From the NCBI GenBank assembly GCA_028718805.1, contig JAQUKY010000007.1, positions 18,176-82,175 on the forward strand: a stretch of DNA of 64,000 bases, read 5' to 3'. Origin of the DNA: Candidatus Nanoarchaeia archaeon (GTDB lineage Archaea > Nanobdellota > Nanobdellia > Pacearchaeales > GW2011-AR1). Both the position numbers and the translations under genes were made by a program. The notes beneath the pieces are model-generated. The model saw only the letters and a program-made list of their open reading frames with translations. It had not been told where the DNA came from and did no database searches. Shown here piece by piece: positions 58,534 to 64,000 of this stretch. How positions within the stretch are numbered: position 1 is the stretch's first letter; each line of letters starts with the position of its first letter.

Positions 58534-59991
58534 CTAGCCCTTTCTGACGTTATAAGAAATTAATGCTAATATTGCAATTATAATAACAAATCCTAATGCA
58601 ACAGGTATTTTGTTATTCTTAGCAAATCCAATAGCGTTTCCAGTAATTCCAGATAAACTGCTTTGGTCCTGGGTTGTTAATTCATTTGTTTCAATTTTAT
58701 TTTCAGTTTCTTTTGAGCTTGAGCTTGAAGTCTTTCCTAAGATAACTTCTGAAATTCCTTTGACTGTAACTTTTGCCTTGCTGCCTGTTATGCTTTCTAA
58801 TTTAACTGATAAGTCATAGGTATTATCACCATTAACATCTACTTTCTTTTGATCTCCTGCATTAAGAGTAAATGTCTGAGGTGTGCTTGATACTGTTATT
58901 GAAGCATTTGTTTTTGTCATGCTGTTTACAGTTACATAGTGAGTTTGGTTTGCAATTTTAAAACTGAATTTTGCTCCTTTTGTCATGTCTTTTGTTGCTC
59001 CATCATTTAATTGAGTCTGAGTTAAAATATAAACAGAGCCTCCTCCGCCCCCGCCTCCACCTCCTCCACCTCCTCCGCCACCCCCGCCTCCGCCGCCATT
59101 ATTATTTCCTCCATTATCAGCAGCAGGTTCACTTATTGTTAAATTTCTTGATTCAGATAAAATAGTGCTTGTCCCCTTTGTACATTCTATTTTCCAGGCG
59201 TGATTTCCAACAGGAACAGATTGTGTTATTGTATTGTCAGCATTTATGCTTGTTATTGCTGTTAATTGATCATTTAGATTTAAATTACACTGGCTTATTC
59301 CTGTTAAATTCCCAGAAATACTGAATCCAAAAGCTATGTCCTGTTGTCCTGTAGCAGAATAGGCATTTGCAGGGCTTGTTAAAGTTATTGTATTTCCAGT
59401 ATCACCTTGTCCGCTTTCTGTGATTGTGAAACTTCTAGAATCTGAAAATATTACATTTCCCCCAGAACCGGATTTTTGCGTACATTTTATCTTCCATATA
59501 TAAATTCCAGGTATTGCATTATAATATAATTTTTGAGTAGTACTGCCTACTGGAGCATTTTTTGTCGCAACACTATCCCCATTAACAAGTAACTCGCATT
59601 TTTGAACTTCAGAGCTTTTTGTAACTTTAAATGTGAATTCTAGTTTTATAGGATCTTCAGATTCTACTGAGAATTTATCCAAAGGATTGAATAATGTTAT
59701 TACAGGAAGGTCTACGGGAGGAGGCAGTGGTTCTTCATATAAATAAGTGCATTCCCCGATTTCATTGCATGAGTTAATGCCTGTAGGGCAATAAACTTCA
59801 TTAGAAACTTCATTAACGCATAACTGGCATTTTGTTGTATCACATGTGTAATCTGATATCTCTTCATTACACTCAGAAAAATGTATTATCTCTCCTTGCC
59901 TCAAACAGATTAATGATTGTGCGCTAACAATGCTAAACACGCTTAATAATAAAAACAATCCAGTAATACCTAGTGTTATTTCTTTTTTCAT
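58534..59991 (-). CDS. secreted surface protein with a 22-residue poly-Gly linker and a C-terminal SGITGNAIG motif plus TM anchor
   Basis: The start is taken as the internal Met of [24 protein letters not shown], a signal peptide. The upstream 56 codons of the track ORF carry no signal. Confidence 0.5.
   Translation of the reverse strand: [485 protein letters not shown]
59041..59097 (-). repeat. GC-rich GGN codon run encoding Gly x22
   Basis: A ~57-nt tccDccNcc low-complexity tract inside the CDS. Local GC is above 70% in a ~30% GC genome. Confidence 0.7.
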
Positions 59992-60149
59992 ATCATTACT
60001 TCCCAGTAATTCTTTATAAACAAATTTGTAATCCAAAATCAGTAATGAAAAATCTATAATATGAAAATATATAATAGTAAATAAGAAATTATTTGTTACT
60101 TCTTTTGACAAAGATTGAATTAAAAGAAATCTGCATACTTCAGTATAAC

Positions 60150-60220
60150 TGATAATCAATAATGCTGTAATTTAAGCGATTTAGCAACAGAAGATTAAGC
60201 GGGTGAGTTTATATGTTATT
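60150..60220 (+). repeat. degenerate partial relic of the 165-nt repeat family
   Basis: ctgataatcaataatgctgtaatttaagcgatttagcaac matches ctgataatcgctaatgctgtgatttaaacgcttgtggaag at 33 of 40 positions. This is followed by aagcgggtgagtttatatg, which resembles aagcggataagagtaaagatata. Confidence 0.5.
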
Positions 60221-60249
60221 AGAAAGTTAACAAATTTAGTAGTAGAATG

Positions 60250-60477
60250 TTAAACTCTTTCTTCAATGATCCGGGAAATAGGTTTCCCTGTTTTTTCCTT
60301 GAGTTTTTTTAATTTGTTTATAGTTTCAACAGAGAGAGTTACATCTATTCTCTTCCTTTGGAAAGGCAATTCATGAGTTTTATCATAATTTTCAAGAGCT
60401 TCAAATACATCTTTGTATTTTTTCAATATTTTTTTTGTTTGTGTCTGTTTCATTTTATACAACTTTTTAATCTCCAT
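60250..60477 (-). CDS. ribbon-helix-helix protein, candidate antitoxin partner of Doc
   Basis: C-terminal KRIDVTLSVETINKLKKLKEKTGKPISRIIEE has an RHH pattern. Overlaps the Doc gene by 28 nt. Confidence 0.4.
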   Translation of the reverse strand: MEIKKLYKMKQTQTKKILKKYKDVFEALENYDKTHELPFQRKRIDVTLSVETINKLKKLKEKTGKPISRIIEERV

Positions 60478-60791
60478 TCAATTTGTCTGATATTAGTTAT
60501 GTTTTTACTTGCAATAGATAAGACATGATGAACAATTAATTCCCTGTCTATTTGTTTTTGGTTTTCTTCTGCGAATTTTAAAGCAAAAAATGTTGCAGTT
60601 CTCTTGTTTCCATCTGAAAATGGATGATCAACAAGTATAGCTCTCCATAAATAAGCTAATTTCTTATAATCTCCAAGCTTTTCATTTTCCTGCATTTCAA
60701 TAGCAAAATCAATGCTTGAATCGCTTCTTAAGTTTCCTCCAAATCCATCATTTATTCTTAGTAGATCTTCCTTACTAATTTTCATACACAT
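60450..60791 (-). CDS. doc: Doc (death-on-curing) / Fic-family toxin
   Basis: HPFSDGNKRTA matches the Doc variant of the Fic motif, HxFx(D/N)GNKR. Length 113 aa. Confidence 0.6.
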   Translation of the reverse strand: MCMKISKEDLLRINDGFGGNLRSDSSIDFAIEMQENEKLGDYKKLAYLWRAILVDHPFSDGNKRTATFFALKFAEENQKQIDRELIVHHVLSIASKNITNIRQIEWRLKSCIK

Positions 60792-60871
60792 AAATAATGG
60801 TAAGCAGTATTTAAATCTTTCTATCTCGCAATCACAACAATGATTATATAATCTTCATGCTTTAATTCAGG

Positions 60872-61303
60872 ATGCCCAGACAGATACAGACCCTGATGCT
60901 TAAAGAGCATGAGAGGATAAGCAGATTTCTTGGACAGCTTGAAAAAGAAATAGACAATTATGACAGGACAAAAATTAACTTTAACAAGTTTAAATGGAAC
61001 CTGGAAAAGCATTTTTTTGTGGAGGAAAAGGTAATATTCAATATGTTTGTGAATATTTCAGGAAAAGAAACAACAGACACCTTCCATCTTCTGAGCGATC
61101 ATGTCAGGATAATTGGCATGATAAATAATGTAGATGAAAAGCTGAGAAAAAAGATAAGACCTGATCTGTCCAGGCTGAAAGAGGTGCTGACTGCTCATAA
61201 AGATTTTGAAGACCATTATTTTTATCCAAGGTTAGATGAAAGATTAACTCTTGATCAGAAAAAGGAAATCTCAGAAAGAATTCAGGAAATCATTCCTGGG
61301 TAA
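60872..61303 (+). CDS. hemerythrin-like (HHE cation-binding) protein
   Basis: Spaced H/E pairs: LKEHERI, LEKHFFVEE, LSDHVRI, LTAHKDFEDH. Confidence 0.45.
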   Translation: MPRQIQTLMLKEHERISRFLGQLEKEIDNYDRTKINFNKFKWNLEKHFFVEEKVIFNMFVNISGKETTDTFHLLSDHVRIIGMINNVDEKLRKKIRPDLSRLKEVLTAHKDFEDHYFYPRLDERLTLDQKKEISERIQEIIPG

Positions 61304-61490
61304 GATAGCCTTTATCTCAAACTTCTGATAATATTGGCATAAGTCGTCAGGTTTATTTTAAGGAAGTCAGCAAGTGAAGTTAAAATAAATAAGCCCAAAA
61401 CAGCAATCAGCAAAATGATTACAACCCTGATACTGTTTGATTTGTGTTTCATCTTTTTATTCTCTTGTTTTTAATATTCATCTTCCTTTT

Positions 61491-61811
61491 TTAAGGCCAG
61501 TGATTATGAGCAAATCCTTCATAAAATCTTCTTGGATCCTGGGGGCATGTTCTTTGGACACCCATAAGAAAGTCATATGTTTCAGCATGAGGTTCAGAAG
61601 CATCAATTCTTTTGCCAACCATTATTTCCATAGAACTCCAGCCATTATTTTCATTTTGTAAAACCAAAGCAGCTTCTAATCTTTGTCTTCTTGTTGGATT
61701 TTCTAAATCAACCTTAATATTATGTTTTTTAACAGCCCGTTCTAATAATCCTCTTACATAACCATCAACTGGCTGAACTTCATCTAATGGGTTTATTATT
61801 TGTTTATTCAT
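61491..61811 (-). CDS. hypothetical protein
   Basis: ORF only. Confidence 0.3.
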   Translation of the reverse strand: MNKQIINPLDEVQPVDGYVRGLLERAVKKHNIKVDLENPTRRQRLEAALVLQNENNGWSSMEIMVGKRIDASEPHAETYDFLMGVQRTCPQDPRRFYEGFAHNHWP

Positions 61812-62197
61812 TTTTTGTGTTTTTTTACCTTTTTCTGAACAGTATAATCAAGCTTTTTGCACAGCGCGCTATGTTCGGTCTTAAATTCATTGAGATATTT
61901 TAGTAGATCTCTCGCTACGCTATGGTCCCCATAATTTTTTCTTATTTGTCTTATCATTTTTTCAGTTTCATTACCGGTGGTATAAGATGAATCAAGAAGA
62001 TCAGTTATACTGCTTCTTCCATAGCTTGAAGGATGTTCTGTTATATTTTTAATTTTCGTTGTTGCCATTCTAATTCCAAAATACATCATGCCGGCATTAC
62101 ATCCTAATGAAAGCGCCTTAGAAACTTCTGCTTTAGCTAAAGCGTTAGTTAAATCTTTATGAGAATAAGTTTTTTTAGTGTATGTTTTCTTTGCCAT
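61808..62197 (-). CDS. hypothetical basic protein
   Basis: ORF overlapping the downstream gene by 4 nt. Confidence 0.3.
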   Translation of the reverse strand: MAKKTYTKKTYSHKDLTNALAKAEVSKALSLGCNAGMMYFGIRMATTKIKNITEHPSSYGRSSITDLLDSSYTTGNETEKMIRQIRKNYGDHSVARDLLKYLNEFKTEHSALCKKLDYTVQKKVKKHKK

Positions 62198-62221
62198 TTT
62201 TAATCTTTTAGAAATAATTTA

Positions 62222-62962
62222 TTAAATACTTTCCCTCTCTGTAATCGCCTTTCTCTTTCTGATAAACCTGACAATCAAGGATAAAACTAATATCCCAACA
62301 ATAAATACAATAATTACAACCCAGCCTGTTCCTAATGTTCCGACAACAGCCCCTGTAATTCTTGATACTCCCCCAAGGGTTGTAGTCTGGTTATTCCCTG
62401 TTAAAGTTTGTGTTTCATTGTTTGAACTTTCATCTCCGTTTCCGGCATTCTGGCTTGGTTCACCCGTTATATTATTATTTATGAAGATCTTGCAGTCTCT
62501 TGGGCATGTAGTTACGCTCTCTCCCGAGTCGCATTTATCATTTCCGCATAAATAATATCTATTGTTTCCTCCGTTATTATGATTAGTAGTTTGTTTGGGC
62601 TTAATGGCTAGGTTTATGATTGAAACAAATCCTTCTGCGCAATCACCCCTATCATTGCATTCAATTACAACCCCTGAATCAGAGCCATACAGGCTTCCTT
62701 TTGCACCCTCTGCATTAACATTAGCACCTTCTCCACACTCATCAACATCAAACCTTACTGCATATGTTCCGTCGTCAAGGCTGTCTGTCTCTAAGACATG
62801 AGAATTGCATGTTACTGTAACATCAGCATCTGAAATAATATCAGAATATTCAGAATTGTATATTTTTCCTGCAACAAGAGTCTGTGCAGATGTGATACTG
62901 ATTAAAAATACAAATAAAAATAATCCGGCAATCAATAATCCTGATGTCTTTGCGGTTTTCAT
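62222..62962 (-). CDS. secreted Cys-containing surface protein with a C-terminal RITGAVVG motif, TM and basic tail
   Basis: Signal peptide. Shares the C-terminal motif family with the 52457 and 58534 proteins. Confidence 0.45.
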   Translation of the reverse strand: MKTAKTSGLLIAGLFLFVFLISITSAQTLVAGKIYNSEYSDIISDADVTVTCNSHVLETDSLDDGTYAVRFDVDECGEGANVNAEGAKGSLYGSDSGVVIECNDRGDCAEGFVSIINLAIKPKQTTNHNNGGNNRYYLCGNDKCDSGESVTTCPRDCKIFINNNITGEPSQNAGNGDESSNNETQTLTGNNQTTTLGGVSRITGAVVGTLGTGWVVIIVFIVGILVLSLIVRFIRKRKAITERESI

Positions 62963-63170
62963 TTTTTGTTTTGTTTATCGTTCCTTTTCAGGCCTCAAAA
63001 CCTCTAAACCACCTCAGAACACCCCAACACCTCTCTTTTTTTAACACGTTTGTCCCCTAGAAGAATCTTCTCCTAGTATAATAAAAATATGAATAAATGC
63101 CCATATTTAAACCTTACTGTTGTATTAATTTTAAAGTAACAAATTTTAATATTTATTTGTTACAAATATT

Positions 63171-63339
63171 AAATAAAAAGAAATCCACATCATTTATGAT
63201 GTGGTGCTGATAATCGCTAATGCTGTGATTTAAACGCTTGTGGAAGCAGGTTCAATAAATTGAAGTCCACAGGGCAAAGCGGCGGATAAGAGTAAAGATA
63301 TAAGGAAGCCCACGCATTTATGCGTGGGAGGATGTCACA
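63171..63339 (+). repeat. copy 4 of the ~165-nt structured repeat (3-nt gcg insertion)
   Basis: Near-identical to copies 1 to 3. Confidence 0.8.
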
Positions 63340-63346
63340 ATAATAA

Positions 63347-64000
63347 TTATATCCCAAATATTACTTTAAGAATTTTCCTTAAAAATGAATCTTCGTTTTC
63401 AGAATTTATAACTCCCCCTGTTACTACTACATTTTCTCCTCCTCCCCCGCTGCTTTCACTTCCGCCCCCACTTCCAGAATCTCCATTGCTACCTGAATCT
63501 ATAACTACATTACTTCCTCCGCCCCCACTGCTTCCACTTCCGCCACTATCTCCCACAATCCCTTGTGGCCCTGAATCTACATCATTATCAACTGTGTTTG
63601 GAGCAGGTGATACATCTTCATTTTCTTTATCCATTGAAGGTTTATCAATATCATTATTTTCATTATCCATACTTGGCTCTTGTAGATCTATTGTTCTAAT
63701 AGCATTATCTATAACATCAATTTCCTGCTTTATTTCATCTGCTCTTCCTAAATCCTGCCCAGTTTCCTGAGATTTTTTTTCAGAATCATCTGCAATTTTT
63801 TCAATCTGCTCCGGGTTAATATAATCAACTTTTCCATTTTCATCAACAATAATTTTTTCTCCGTTTTTTATTCTCTCTTCATTAACTCTTCCTGCAATCA
63901 TCTTGCAATCAGTAACATCAGAAACACCCATCTGCATGCATTCTTTTGGCAGGGTTACTTCTTCATATCCTCCAGATTCTTCTTCACAAGTTTCTCCTTC
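63347..64000 (-). CDS. Gly/Ser/Asp-rich hypothetical protein, 5' end beyond the window
   Basis: The frame stays open past the track's Met at 63937 to the window edge. Low-complexity SGGSGSSGGGGS segments. Confidence 0.35.
   Translation of the reverse strand, partial: EGETCEEESGGYEEVTLPKECMQMGVSDVTDCKMIAGRVNEERIKNGEKIIVDENGKVDYINPEQIEKIADDSEKKSQETGQDLGRADEIKQEIDVIDNAIRTIDLQEPSMDNENNDIDKPSMDKENEDVSPAPNTVDNDVDSGPQGIVGDSGGSGSSGGGGSNVVIDSGSNGDSGSGGGSESSGGGGENVVVTGGVINSENEDSFLRKILKVIFGI

Noticed and set aside
58534-60159. The full 541-aa track ORF for the poly-Gly surface protein.
   Set aside because: The first 56 codons carry no signal peptide, whereas the internal Met gives a canonical Sec signal ([24 protein letters not shown]). 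I placed the start at 59991.
12141-63339. I considered whether the 165-nt repeats are a CRISPR array or tRNA/SINE-like genes.
   Set aside because: The copies are 3 to 30 kb apart with no spacer periodicity, and no cas genes are in the window. No acceptor or T-arm pairing is consistent with a tRNA.
63324-63770. A Pro/Leu-rich 148-aa plus-strand ORF.
   Set aside because: It is antisense to the Gly/Ser-rich minus-strand gene, i.e. a mirror of GGN/AGN codons.

Overview
The window reads as an AT-rich (about 30% GC) archaeal contig. Several genes argue for an archaeon: an archaeal-type proteasome beta subunit with propeptide, an aCPSF1/FttA beta-CASP RNase, a class-I CCA enzyme, RtcB plus archease, a presenilin/SPP homologue, and many pilins with class III (prepilin-type) signal peptides. 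Together with an array of giant Cys-rich, N-glycosylation-sequon-rich surface proteins, this points to a small-genome, possibly DPANN-like episymbiotic archaeon. Lineage assignment is inference only. The first 22 kb is a compact housekeeping block: mre11-guaA-rad50-purD, corA, psmB, aCPSF1, a NUDIX gene, presenilin, signal peptidase, a TrmB regulator, cca, a radical SAM gene and a Zn-ribbon/DUF2073/GTPase triad. From 22 to 64 kb lies an accessory cell-surface island. It holds a type IV pilus-like locus with eight pilin-like genes, a split TadB/TadC membrane platform and a FlaI/TadA-type ATPase interrupted by a LAGLIDADG intein. The pilus locus is bordered by a putative SRP RNA. Around it sit eleven large secreted or membrane-anchored Cys-rich, PKD-containing or acidic proteins, and a Doc-type toxin with an RHH partner. 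Three features are not explained by ordinary annotation. First, a near-identical 165-nt structured intergenic element occurs four times, with degenerate relics elsewhere. Second, two paralogous surface-protein genes share an identical 140-bp promoter and N-terminus module and are each followed by that element, bracketing rtcB-archease. Third, a conserved 60-75-nt leader/promoter element recurs upstream of the pilus and surface genes. Three of the surface proteins also share a C-terminal sorting-like signal: an S-G-I-T-G-N-[AV]-I-G motif, then a TM helix, then a basic tail.
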